Origin: Planctomycetota bacterium
GTDB taxonomy: Bacteria; Planctomycetota; UBA8108; SXIK01
Direction of reading: 5' to 3'
Assembly: GCA_965223845.1 (NCBI GenBank)
Contig: CBDCXR010000004.1
Location: 6,464,001-6,528,000, forward strand
DNA length: 64,000 bases
A program made the position numbers and the translations under genes. Numbering within the stretch: position 1 is the stretch's first letter; every line of letters starts with the position of its first letter. This document shows positions 1 through 8,857 of the stretch, piece by piece. Below the pieces are notes generated by a model. That model was not told the DNA's origin. It searched no databases and saw only the letters and a list, made by a program, of their open reading frames with translations.

Positions 1-1126
1 GGAGCCCGCGCGCCTTGAGGTCTTGAATGAGCGCCGCAATCGGGCGGTCCATGCCGCGGCACTTGTTCGGAAGGTGCTTCACGATGTCCGTATCTCGGCT
101 CACACCGTGAAAATCCCAGCCCCAGTCGAAGAGCTGGACGTACCGCACTCCGCGCTCGACCAGTCGTCGCGCGAGGAGACAGTTGTTTGCGAACGATCCC
201 GGTCCAGGCTTCGCGCCGTAGAGTTCGAGCGTCGCGTCGGACTCTCTCGAGATGTCCATCACCTCGGGGACGGCGATCTGCATCCGGTACGCGAGCTCGT
301 ACTGCGCGATGCGCGTGAGCGTCTCGGGGTCGCCGTACTCTTCGAGCTCGATCTGATTCAGGCGCTGGAGCGCGTCGAGACTTCGTCGACGCACCCCGCG
401 GTCGATACCCTTCGGATTCGATGCGTAGAGAATCGGATCTCCGCTCGAGCGACACTGGACGCCTTGGTAGACGGTCGGCAGATACCCGGTGCTCCACAGA
501 CTCTTCCCGCCGCTCGGATCCGTTCCCCCAGAAAGTAGAACAACGAAGCCCGGTAGGTCGTCGGCTTCCGAGCCCAGGCCGTAGGTGAGCCACGAACCCA
601 TCGAAGCGCCGCCGAAGCGGGGCGTTCCCGTGTAGAGATAGAGCTGCGCCGGGGCGTGATTGAACTCCGTGGTGTACATCGAGCGGATGACGGCGACGTC
701 GTCGATGACTTCGCTCATTCGCGGGAGGAGCTCCGAGACGAGAGTCCCTGAGTTCCCGCGCGGCTCGAAGTGGTAGGGCGTGCCGAGCATCTTCGGGCGT
801 CCCTGAATGAACGCAAAGCGAGCGTTCTCGAGAAAGCTCTCGGGACAGAGCTGATCACTGAGCTCGACGAGCTTCGGCTTGTAGTCGAAGAGCTCCTGCT
901 GCGGCGGCGAGCCGGCCATGTGTAGATAGATGACCCGCTTCGCGCGCGGTGCGAAATGTGGTCCGAGTAGCGGCGCGGCGCCATCGTCACTCGCGAGTGA
1001 CGCGCGCTCCTTTCCGAGGAGCGAGCTGAGGGCGAGCGCGCCGATACCGGCGGTCGACCGCCGAAAGAAATGCCGACGGGTGACGGCGCGAATGCGCGCG
1101 AGCTCGGTTTCTCGGTGAATGTTCAT
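1..1126 (-). CDS. DUF1501 domain protein (Tat-exported), runs off the window start
   Basis: Not in ORF track (no stop in window). Manual translation from ATG 1126: MNIHRETELARIRAVTRRHFF...HFAPRAKRVIYLHMAGSPPQQELFDYKP...FNHAPAQ...LLARRLVERGVRYVQLFDWGWDFH, typical DUF1501; directly downstream of a DUF1549/1553 gene. Confidence 0.93.
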   Translation of the reverse strand, partial: MNIHRETELARIRAVTRRHFFRRSTAGIGALALSSLLGKERASLASDDGAAPLLGPHFAPRAKRVIYLHMAGSPPQQELFDYKPKLVELSDQLCPESFLENARFAFIQGRPKMLGTPYHFEPRGNSGTLVSELLPRMSEVIDDVAVIRSMYTTEFNHAPAQLYLYTGTPRFGGASMGSWLTYGLGSEADDLPGFVVLLSGGTDPSGGKSLWSTGYLPTVYQGVQCRSSGDPILYASNPKGIDRGVRRRSLDALQRLNQIELEEYGDPETLTRIAQYELAYRMQIAVPEVMDISRESDATLELYGAKPGPGSFANNCLLARRLVERGVRYVQLFDWGWDFHGVSRDTDIVKHLPNKCRGMDRPIAALIQDLKARGL

Positions 1127-1168
1127 GGCTGCGTGTCGCTTGTGACGGCCTCGAACCAACTGCTCTCT

Positions 1169-4100
1169 TTACCGCTTGGTCAGCACCGCGTCGAGATTGA
1201 GAACGACGTTTGCAACGACCGTCCACGCCGCCGCGTCGTGGACGTCGACCCCGGATGGAAGTGCGCCGAGCGGATCCGTAGCGATCGCTTCTGCGGCGTC
1301 GACGTGAGTTTCGTAGTGCTTTCTCTCGCTCTCGAAGAGTCCGGCGAGCGTGGCGATCTGCTCGCCGCTCGGCGGACGGGCGAGCGCGAGACGAAGCGCG
1401 AACGCCGCGCGATCGTGCGTCGATTCTCCGCCTTCCCGAAGGATTCGTCGCCCGAGCGCTTGTGCGGCTTCGACGAACCCGGGGTCATTCAGAGTGACGA
1501 ACGCCTGGAGCGGAGTATTTGTCGGCGTGCGGCGGAGTGTGCACACTTCGCGGCTCGGCGCGTCGAACGTCGCCATCGACGGGTACGGGACGGTGCGCCG
1601 CCAAAAGGTGTAGAGGCCTCGGCGGTAACGATCTTCGCCCGTGCTGGTCGGCCATTTGCGGTCGCCGTTGAACGCCGCGCGCCAGAGGCCGGGCGGCTGC
1701 GGGGGGTACACCGATGGTCCGCCGATCTTTCGGCTGAGTAGTCCCGCGATGGCGAGAGCCTGATCGCGGACCATTTCCGCCTCGAGTCGCCCGCTCGGTC
1801 CCCGCGCGAGGAGTCGGTTCGCGGGGTCCCGAGTGCGGAGCTCCTTCGAGGCGCGTGATGACTGGCGATAGGTCGAGGAGAGAACGATTGAGCGAACGAA
1901 TCGTTTCATGTCCCAATCGGTGCGAAAGTCGCTCGCGAGCCAATCGAGGAGCTCGGGGTGGCTCGGCGCTTCGCCTTGCTTCCCGAAGTCTTCCTCCGTG
2001 CGAACGAGGCCCGTTCCGAAGATTCGCGCCCAGAATCGGTTGACGGTGACGCGCGCCGTGAGCGGATTGTCGCTCGAGAGCAGCCAGCGCGCGACGCCGA
2101 GTCGATTCGCGGGAGCATCGCTTGGGAGTGTGCCGAACGCCGCCGGAACCGCCGCGGAAACCTCGTCTCCGGGAGTGAGGAAGTTGCCGCGCGTCATCAC
2201 TCGCGTGGTCCGGCGTTTTTTCCCTTCGAGCTCGTTGAGGACCGGCGTCCGAGGGGCGTTTCTCTCGAGTTCGGTGATTCTCGTTCGGATCGGCGCCATC
2301 TTCCCGTCGACGCGAAGAAAACGCCGGAGAACTAGCCGAAGCGCTTCCCCGAGCGCTTCGCGATCCGCGGCGGTACGCTCGGACGGCGAAATCGCAAGGA
2401 GCTTCGACGCGGCGACAGGAGCAACGGGGACCGGGGTACGCCCGCGAAGAACGGAAACGCGGACGCGCGGCAGCGACCCTCCGCCTGGGGCACTCAAGCG
2501 CAGCGAGATGGCGAGTTCGGAATCGCCCGCGGGCAAAGGCTCGGAGACCGGGAACACCGCCACGAATCGCCGGGTCGACGTCGCGTCGCCGGCCCAGCCC
2601 GAGTCTTCGCTCGCATCGTCGCGTACCGCGTTCGCGATCGACCACTTCGCGGCTTCGGAGTTCGCGCTCGGAGCCGTCAGGGCGATCGATCGCGCACCGT
2701 CGGGCGCGAATGCGACGCTCGTCGCCGGCGCCTTGTCCTCGCGACTCTGCCACACGGGCGTTCGATCTTCGTCGAGGATCAGAACGCGAAAACCGTCGAG
2801 TCGAGACTGGAGTCGGTTGTCCGTCCGATTCCACACCGCGATGCGCCCGAGGTCCCGCACCTCGCCGAGGTCGACCTCCCACCACGGGTCGCTCTCGAGT
2901 TTCGTGTGCGTCGTCGACATCGCCTCCGAGTAGTTGCCGTTCGTGTTGCCGTCGATCGCGAGCTCGGCCGGTCCACCGAAGTCCGTGCTCGACTGGCGAG
3001 CCTTCCCGCGCCGCGCGATGTTCTCCGCCCCGCTGAAGACTTCGACCTCGGCGAGCGAGAGCATACGCGAGTTGCCCGGAAGCTCGATCCGAACGAATCG
3101 ACCGCGGAGCGCTCCGCCGCCCGCGGGTCGATAGCTCGCGCCGAACCGATGGACGATGAACGGAAGCGCGACCGTTGGATCACCCTCCGGAGGTTCACTA
3201 CCCGAAGAGGACGGGAACACGTCGAGACGAAAGCCGCTGATGTCCCGCGTGTCGAGATTCACCCGCAGGTCGTACGAAACGGCTCCCAGCGCGGATTCCT
3301 TCGGAGCTGCGCCGACGACGAGCTCGCCGTCCTCGCGCGCATCGACCGCGACGCCGCGATCCGCGGTGAGCCTCTCGAACGCTAGCGGCACCCACGACTT
3401 CTCATCGAGTTCGCGTTCGCGCTCCCAGCGCTCGAGCGCGGCGTTCCTCTCCGCGCCGGAGCGCGGAGCGAGCCGAAGCCGCTCGAGCTCGCGCTCGAGC
3501 GCGGCGAGCTCCCGCTGCTGCGCCTCCGTCGGAGTCTTGATCCGCGGACGTTCGTCTCCCTTGTCGCTGTCGGCGGTGTTGTTGAAGAAGGCGTAGAATT
3601 CGTAGTACTCCCGCTGGGTGATCGGGTCGAACTTGTGCGAATGGCACTGCGCACAGCCCATCGTGAGGCCCATCCAGACCTGAGCCGTCGTGCTGACGCG
3701 ATCCTTCACCGCGATGACACGAAATTCCTCGTCGTCCGTCCCGCCTTCATCGTTAGCGAGTGTGTTTCGGTGAAACGCCGTCGCGAGAATCTGGTCTACC
3801 GTCGCGTTCGGGAGAAGATCGCCCGCGAGCTGTTCGGTCGTGAACTCGTTGAAGGGGATGTTCCGATTGAAAGCGTCGATCACCCAGTCGCGATAGCGCC
3901 AAATGGATCGCAACGGGTCCGAGCCGTAGCCCTTCGAGTCGGCGTAGCGAGCGAGATCGAGCCAGACGCGGGCCCAGCGTTCGCCGTAAGCCGGCGACGC
4001 GAGCAGACGGTCGACGAGTCGCTCGTAGGCGTCCGCTTGGGTGTCGCCGATGAACGCCGCGACTTCGTCGGGAGCCGGAGGAAGTCCAGTGAGGTCGAGG

Positions 4101-4687
4101 CTCGCGCGTCGAATGAGCGTGTAGCGGTCGGCTTCGGGAGCTGGTCGTAAGCCTTCGGCTTCGAGTCGACGAAGAACGAATCGATCGATGGGATGTCGGG
4201 CCCAAGACTCATCGCGAACGCTCGGCGGTTCGGGCGTGCGAATCGGTCGAAACGACCAGTGAGTCGGCGCGGCGTTGTCGTCCGCGAGTCGTAGCTCGCT
4301 CGGCCACTCGGCGCCGGAGTCGATCCACGCTCCGATGGTCTCGATCTCCGCCGGCGTCAAGACGGGGCCCTTTCGCGGCATGCGTTCGCCGGGATCGGTG
4401 CTCACGAGGCGCCGGAAGAGCTCGCTCTCGTTGCGCGAGCCCGTGGTGATCGCGCGGCCGGAGTCTCCCCCCGCGATCGCCGGGGCACGACGATCTAGGC
4501 GGTAACCGCCCTTGCGCTCGGCCGGTCCGTGGCAGCCGACGCAGCGTGACGTGAGAATCGGCGCGACGTCGCGCCGGAAATCGACCTTCCCGCCGGCCTC
4601 GTCGGCGGATCCGCGTGCATCGCGAGCGCCGATGAGGAGAAGGATGGCGGTGACGGTGACGGTGAGTCGAGTTCGTCGGTTGTTCAT
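1169..4687 (-). CDS. Planctomycete cytochrome c + DUF1549/DUF1553 (PSCyt2/PSD1) protein with inserted F5/8 (F-type lectin-like) domain
   Basis: Signal peptide; CVGCH and CAQCH haem motifs; HWSF, HPIDRF, YGERWARVWLDLARYADS, NPLTARVTVNRFW, HPELLDWLA, TNTPLQA; start moved to ATG 4687 (MNNRRTRL). Confidence 0.93.
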   Translation of the reverse strand: MNNRRTRLTVTVTAILLLIGARDARGSADEAGGKVDFRRDVAPILTSRCVGCHGPAERKGGYRLDRRAPAIAGGDSGRAITTGSRNESELFRRLVSTDPGERMPRKGPVLTPAEIETIGAWIDSGAEWPSELRLADDNAAPTHWSFRPIRTPEPPSVRDESWARHPIDRFVLRRLEAEGLRPAPEADRYTLIRRASLDLTGLPPAPDEVAAFIGDTQADAYERLVDRLLASPAYGERWARVWLDLARYADSKGYGSDPLRSIWRYRDWVIDAFNRNIPFNEFTTEQLAGDLLPNATVDQILATAFHRNTLANDEGGTDDEEFRVIAVKDRVSTTAQVWMGLTMGCAQCHSHKFDPITQREYYEFYAFFNNTADSDKGDERPRIKTPTEAQQRELAALERELERLRLAPRSGAERNAALERWERERELDEKSWVPLAFERLTADRGVAVDAREDGELVVGAAPKESALGAVSYDLRVNLDTRDISGFRLDVFPSSSGSEPPEGDPTVALPFIVHRFGASYRPAGGGALRGRFVRIELPGNSRMLSLAEVEVFSGAENIARRGKARQSSTDFGGPAELAIDGNTNGNYSEAMSTTHTKLESDPWWEVDLGEVRDLGRIAVWNRTDNRLQSRLDGFRVLILDEDRTPVWQSREDKAPATSVAFAPDGARSIALTAPSANSEAAKWSIANAVRDDASEDSGWAGDATSTRRFVAVFPVSEPLPAGDSELAISLRLSAPGGGSLPRVRVSVLRGRTPVPVAPVAASKLLAISPSERTAADREALGEALRLVLRRFLRVDGKMAPIRTRITELERNAPRTPVLNELEGKKRRTTRVMTRGNFLTPGDEVSAAVPAAFGTLPSDAPANRLGVARWLLSSDNPLTARVTVNRFWARIFGTGLVRTEEDFGKQGEAPSHPELLDWLASDFRTDWDMKRFVRSIVLSSTYRQSSRASKELRTRDPANRLLARGPSGRLEAEMVRDQALAIAGLLSRKIGGPSVYPPQPPGLWRAAFNGDRKWPTSTGEDRYRRGLYTFWRRTVPYPSMATFDAPSREVCTLRRTPTNTPLQAFVTLNDPGFVEAAQALGRRILREGGESTHDRAAFALRLALARPPSGEQIATLAGLFESERKHYETHVDAAEAIATDPLGALPSGVDVHDAAAWTVVANVVLNLDAVLTKR

Positions 4688-4802
4688 CGGCGAGTCGTCG
4701 CTAAGGGTGGAAATGGAGTCTCCTCCAGGTGTCCGGGCGATGCAAGCGTCCACTCACCCGCGGTACCATCGCTCGAACGATCGACGACCGGGAGATGTAT
4801 TG

Positions 4803-6017
4803 ATGCGACGATCCTCGTACGCCGCCATCGCGACCGCTGCGCTCGCTGCACTCGTGTGCACGGCGGGTGGGTCGAGCTCGACGGGAGAGGGTGATCCGGC
4901 GGAGCGCCGTCCGTGTTCGGCGCTCGAGCGCTCGCACCTCGACCGTTCACCCGAGCTCGGCACGCGCTTCCTACTCGCTCACATTCAACCCGCGGGAAAC
5001 TTCGCGTACGAGTACGACTGGCATCGCCGAACGTTCAGTGAAGACGACAATCCAGTTCGCCAGGCGGGTGCTCTTTGGTCGCTCGCGCTCATCTATCAGG
5101 ACGGCCGAGATCCAGAGGTTGCGCGCGGGGTCGAGCGAGTGCTCGCGTTCTTCGAGAAACACTCGCGCCTCACAACGAAGGGCGAGCGGTACACGGTCTA
5201 TCCGGGCGTCGAAAGCGGGCGGCTCGGAACCGTTGCGCTGGTCGCGCTCGCCTCGCTCGACTACTGGCGCGCGCTCGAATCGACCGGCGCGGATCCGGAA
5301 CGCGCGCGGGCCGTGCGCGCTCGCCTCGACGAGTATCTCGCCTACCTCGTCCGCGTCCGCCGCAAAGACGGAAGTTGGCCCCAGTCCTACCACCATTCGA
5401 CGGGGAAGGGTTTCGGTTCGAGCTCCCCCTACTTCGACGGCGAAGCCCTGCTCGCGCTCGCGAAGGCGGCGCGCTACGCAGGGCGTGAAGACTTTCGCGA
5501 GCTCGCGATCGCATCCGCGAACTCCGGGCGTCGCCGCTGGGTGACGGAAGCGCTCGTGCGCGATCCCGACTCGTCGAAAACGAAGGGATACTACCAGTGG
5601 GGGTCGATGGCGTTCTATGAGCTCGCAACGAGCGGCTGGCCCGAAGGGCGCGAGTTTGGCGGAACGGTGCTCGACCTCGCCGATTGGATGATCGATGTCC
5701 ACCGAACCCTCCAGCGCCGGCGCAACACCGGCTACGCGTATGAGGGAATCGTGCACGCCTACCGACTCGCATCAGAGCGGGGGGATGCGCGTGCGGAGAA
5801 ATACCGCTGCACGATCGAGCTCGGCATGGAGAAGCTGACGAGCTGGCAAGTCGGAAGTCCGATCGCAAACGCCCACATTCGCTCGGGGCCTTCGCCGAGC
5901 GCGCTCGCGATCGGCGGAGTCCAAAACCACGCACGGGAACCGGGGCTTCGGATCGACGTCACTCAACATCAGATGCACGCGGTAATCCTCGCGCGGCGAT
6001 GGGTGTTCGGTCGCTAG
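4803..6017 (+). CDS. Secreted alpha/alpha-toroid (six-hairpin/prenyltransferase-like repeat) protein, function unknown
   Basis: Signal peptide MRRSSYAAIATAALAALV; repeats QPAGNFAY, RKDGSWP, YFDGEALLAL, AYAYEG; C-terminal GLRIDVTQH. Confidence 0.7.
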   Translation: MRRSSYAAIATAALAALVCTAGGSSSTGEGDPAERRPCSALERSHLDRSPELGTRFLLAHIQPAGNFAYEYDWHRRTFSEDDNPVRQAGALWSLALIYQDGRDPEVARGVERVLAFFEKHSRLTTKGERYTVYPGVESGRLGTVALVALASLDYWRALESTGADPERARAVRARLDEYLAYLVRVRRKDGSWPQSYHHSTGKGFGSSSPYFDGEALLALAKAARYAGREDFRELAIASANSGRRRWVTEALVRDPDSSKTKGYYQWGSMAFYELATSGWPEGREFGGTVLDLADWMIDVHRTLQRRRNTGYAYEGIVHAYRLASERGDARAEKYRCTIELGMEKLTSWQVGSPIANAHIRSGPSPSALAIGGVQNHAREPGLRIDVTQHQMHAVILARRWVFGR

Positions 6018-6038
6018 GCTTATTGGTCGAAAGAGAGG

Positions 6039-6386
6039 AGAGTTTCACACGAAGAGCGCGAAGGGGACGCGAAGGAAGACGAAGGGAGATCGGAAATGAT
6101 GTGAAAAGGAGATCGAGTTTCGTGGTCCAGAATTCAGAGGGGCAGACGATCGAGCACCCGGAGCTCGATACTCAGGGGTCTCCCACTGCGCCTCGATCAT
6201 CCCAGCCCTCCGATGCGAGAGACTCAAACGACCGTACTCCGCGATCGTGCTTCCTCGCGAGTCGATCGGAGATTCGGACCGCCGGAATCGAAAATCGCGA
6301 CCTAGCCCGTTCTCAATCTCCCTCTCATTTTCATTCTTAATTCCCATTCTCCTTCGTCTTCCTTCGCGCTCTTCGTGTGAAACTCT
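6039..6386. repeat. REP/MITE-like element with long inverted arms between convergent genes
   Basis: 6039-6064 AGAGTTTCACACGAAGAGCGCGAAGG is a perfect 26-bp inverted repeat of 6361-6386; similarity extends to ~6089/6348 with one extra 11-bp unit on the left arm. Confidence 0.85.
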
Positions 6387-6396
6387 TGACAGAGGT

Positions 6397-7167
6397 CTAC
6401 GCGCCAAAGTCCGCCGGGTCTTGCCCGTAGTAACAAGAAAGCTCGCGATACAGCTCCGGATGCCGCCGCTTCATCGTCCGCCCCTTTTCGAAGAAGCACT
6501 CCGTAGCGACCGCGAAGAATTCCGCTGGATTCGTCGTCCCGTACTTGTCGAGCAAGGTCCGGCGGCCTCGCTCCGCTTTGTCGATGAGCGCGTCGTACTC
6601 CCGAGTCATGATCTTCGCCCACGCCGCGTAGCGCTCGTTTGACCGGAGGGTCGGTGTGCCGTCGGCGTAGTCGTCGAGGAGATCGAGCTTGTGCGCGAAC
6701 TCGTGGAGGACGAGGTTTCGTCCGTCCTTGTGGTTCGCGGCGCCGTGGTGAGCCGCGTCCCAAGCGAGGACGACCGGGCCGCGGTGCTGGGCGAGTCCCA
6801 GGATCGCGGTGTCACCCGAGGTGACAAGTCCACCGCGCTGTGCGCGCATGCCCGGCGCGACGATCGTCGACGGGTAGACGAGGATCGAATCGACGTTTCG
6901 GTAGTACTCGTGCTCGACCCCGAGGAGGAGGAGCCCCGCCTGGGCAGCGATCGTGCACTGAGCCTCGGCGGTCATGACGAAGCCGCCGCAACCTTCCCAG
7001 TTCTTCTCGGCGACGAGCACCTTGACGATGCCGCGGAGGTTTCGCTGCGCTTCGGTCCCGAGCGACGCAAAGAAGGGGAGTGCGTTCAGATGCGTTTCCC
7101 ACGCAGGGGGAAACGGCGACGCGAGGATCTTCCGCCGTCGTCGCCGTCGGAGCCAAGCGAAGATCAT
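6397..7167 (-). CDS. M90-family zinc metallopeptidase (MtfA-like)
   Basis: HEFAHKLD zinc motif, YGTTNPAEFFAVATECFFE, ILVYP; ATG 7167 overlaps upstream stop (ATGA). Confidence 0.92.
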   Translation of the reverse strand: MIFAWLRRRRRRKILASPFPPAWETHLNALPFFASLGTEAQRNLRGIVKVLVAEKNWEGCGGFVMTAEAQCTIAAQAGLLLLGVEHEYYRNVDSILVYPSTIVAPGMRAQRGGLVTSGDTAILGLAQHRGPVVLAWDAAHHGAANHKDGRNLVLHEFAHKLDLLDDYADGTPTLRSNERYAAWAKIMTREYDALIDKAERGRRTLLDKYGTTNPAEFFAVATECFFEKGRTMKRRHPELYRELSCYYGQDPADFGA

Positions 7168-8303
7168 CTCGCCGAGTTCTCGGCGCGAGATGGATCTCTC
7201 CGCGCGGGCGGCGCCGGACTCACGCGGCGGACGCGGTGATTGAGCGTGTCGCCGATGAAGACGTTCCCTGCGCGATCGACGCACACTCCGTGTGGGCGCG
7301 CGAGCTCGGCGCTTCGTGCCGGTCCACCGTCCCCTCCGCCGCCGCGATGGTTCGGTCCGCGTCCGGCGATCGTCTCGATCGTCCCCGTCTTCGTGTCGAT
7401 CCGCCGGATCGCCTGATTCTCCGTATCGACCACGTAGACGCTGCCCCGCGGGCCGATCGCGATCCCCTTCGGCCCGTTCATCGTCGCGCGGAGTGCGGGT
7501 CCGTTGTCGCCGGAGTAGCCCTTGGCTCCCGTCCCTGCGACGTGCTCGAGAACTCCGGTCGCGAGCGGCATCTTCCAGACGCTGTGACCTTCTCGAAGCG
7601 CGATCCAGAGTGTCTCCTTCTCGACGTAGAGAGCGCGCGGCCCGAGCATCGGTCGCCCGCGCGCCTTGGTGCCCGCCGCCGGCAGCTCTTTCTCGCCCGT
7701 TCCCGCGATCGTGGTCACGATGCCGCTCTCGAGATCGACGCGGCGGATGCGGTGATTGCCGATGTCGGCGATGTAGAGGCCGCCGCGCCCGTCGAGTGCG
7801 ATGCTGTGAGGGCGGGAGAACATCGCCTTCGTCGCGAGCCCATCGTCGCCGCCGTAACCCCGTTTCCCCGTGCCCGCGACCGTGTCGATCGTACCCTTCC
7901 GGCCGTCGACACGCCGGACGATGTGGTTCTTCATTTCGACGATGTAGAACGTCCCGTCCGGCTCGAAGCGAATCTCGTAGGGTTCGTTGAGCTTCGCCGC
8001 GGTCGCGGGCCCGCCATCCCCCGAATAGCCTTTCTCACCGGTTCCCGCGACGACGCGCGCGCGCCCCGTCTTTCGATCGACTCGCCAGACGCGGTGGTTC
8101 CGGACTTCGGTCGCGTAGAGTGCGCCATCGGGGCCGATCTCGACGCCGAACGGGTCGCCGATATTCACTTCGAGCGCCGAGCCGGCGTTGGCGCCGCGAT
8201 CGGGCTTTCCCGTGCCGAGAACCGTCGTCATCGTCTCGGGAGTGGCGGCCACGGGCAACGTGACGAGCGCGCCTGCGGAGAACGATAGGATCAAAATCAG
8301 CAT
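7164..8303 (-). CDS. Secreted NHL-repeat beta-propeller protein
   Basis: Repeated VAGTGEKGYSGDGGPA, LYIADIGNHRIRRVD, VFIGDTLNHRVRRV; hydrophobic N-terminus from ATG 8303. Confidence 0.9.
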   Translation of the reverse strand: MLILILSFSAGALVTLPVAATPETMTTVLGTGKPDRGANAGSALEVNIGDPFGVEIGPDGALYATEVRNHRVWRVDRKTGRARVVAGTGEKGYSGDGGPATAAKLNEPYEIRFEPDGTFYIVEMKNHIVRRVDGRKGTIDTVAGTGKRGYGGDDGLATKAMFSRPHSIALDGRGGLYIADIGNHRIRRVDLESGIVTTIAGTGEKELPAAGTKARGRPMLGPRALYVEKETLWIALREGHSVWKMPLATGVLEHVAGTGAKGYSGDNGPALRATMNGPKGIAIGPRGSVYVVDTENQAIRRIDTKTGTIETIAGRGPNHRGGGGDGGPARSAELARPHGVCVDRAGNVFIGDTLNHRVRRVSPAPPARRDPSRAENSAR

Positions 8304-8314
8304 CGGGAATTCAC

Positions 8315-8857
8315 TCAACGCACATCGAAGGCCCAGGCGATCACCGCGCAGGCCCCTGCGACCGCGAGGGGAACGACGACCATGCACCACGGCGGAAGGA
8401 AGCGAGAGGCGGGGAGACGAAAGAGTCGAAGCAGCCACCCGACGAGAGTGACGATCCCTAGCGATGCAACCCCGCCGCACATCGCGAGCCAGAGTTCGGG
8501 CGTCCGCCGCGAGTCGTCCCACGAGACGATGATCCCTGTGAGCACGGCCGTGACGCCCAACCATTCAGGCACAACCCAAAACAGCACGCGACGGTGGAAC
8601 GGGGCCGCGAGGACACCGGTCGCTCCGGACGCGAGGACGAGGCTTCCGCTGGTGATCACACCGACCCAGAAGATCCCGAGGACGTATTTGAGGTTGTCGA
8701 TGCCTCCGGGCGGAATCAGGAGCCATCCGAGCGGAATCAGTCCGATCGGAACGATCGCTCCGACGAGAAACAGGGCCGACAGCCAGCTCAGCACGTAGCG
8801 GGGTCGCTCGGCCGCCGGAATCGGCTTCATGGAGCACACCGCCGAAGCCGCCCTCAC
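8315..8857 (-). CDS. Hypothetical integral membrane protein (~5 TM)
   Basis: Several hydrophobic helices; GTG overlaps upstream stop (GTGA); lies within a same-strand operon. Confidence 0.7.
   Translation of the reverse strand: MRAASAVCSMKPIPAAERPRYVLSWLSALFLVGAIVPIGLIPLGWLLIPPGGIDNLKYVLGIFWVGVITSGSLVLASGATGVLAAPFHRRVLFWVVPEWLGVTAVLTGIIVSWDDSRRTPELWLAMCGGVASLGIVTLVGWLLRLFRLPASRFLPPWCMVVVPLAVAGACAVIAWAFDVR

Noticed and set aside
6039-6386. CRISPR array or autonomous IS
   Set aside because: Repeats are inverted, not direct with spacers; no cas or transposase ORF
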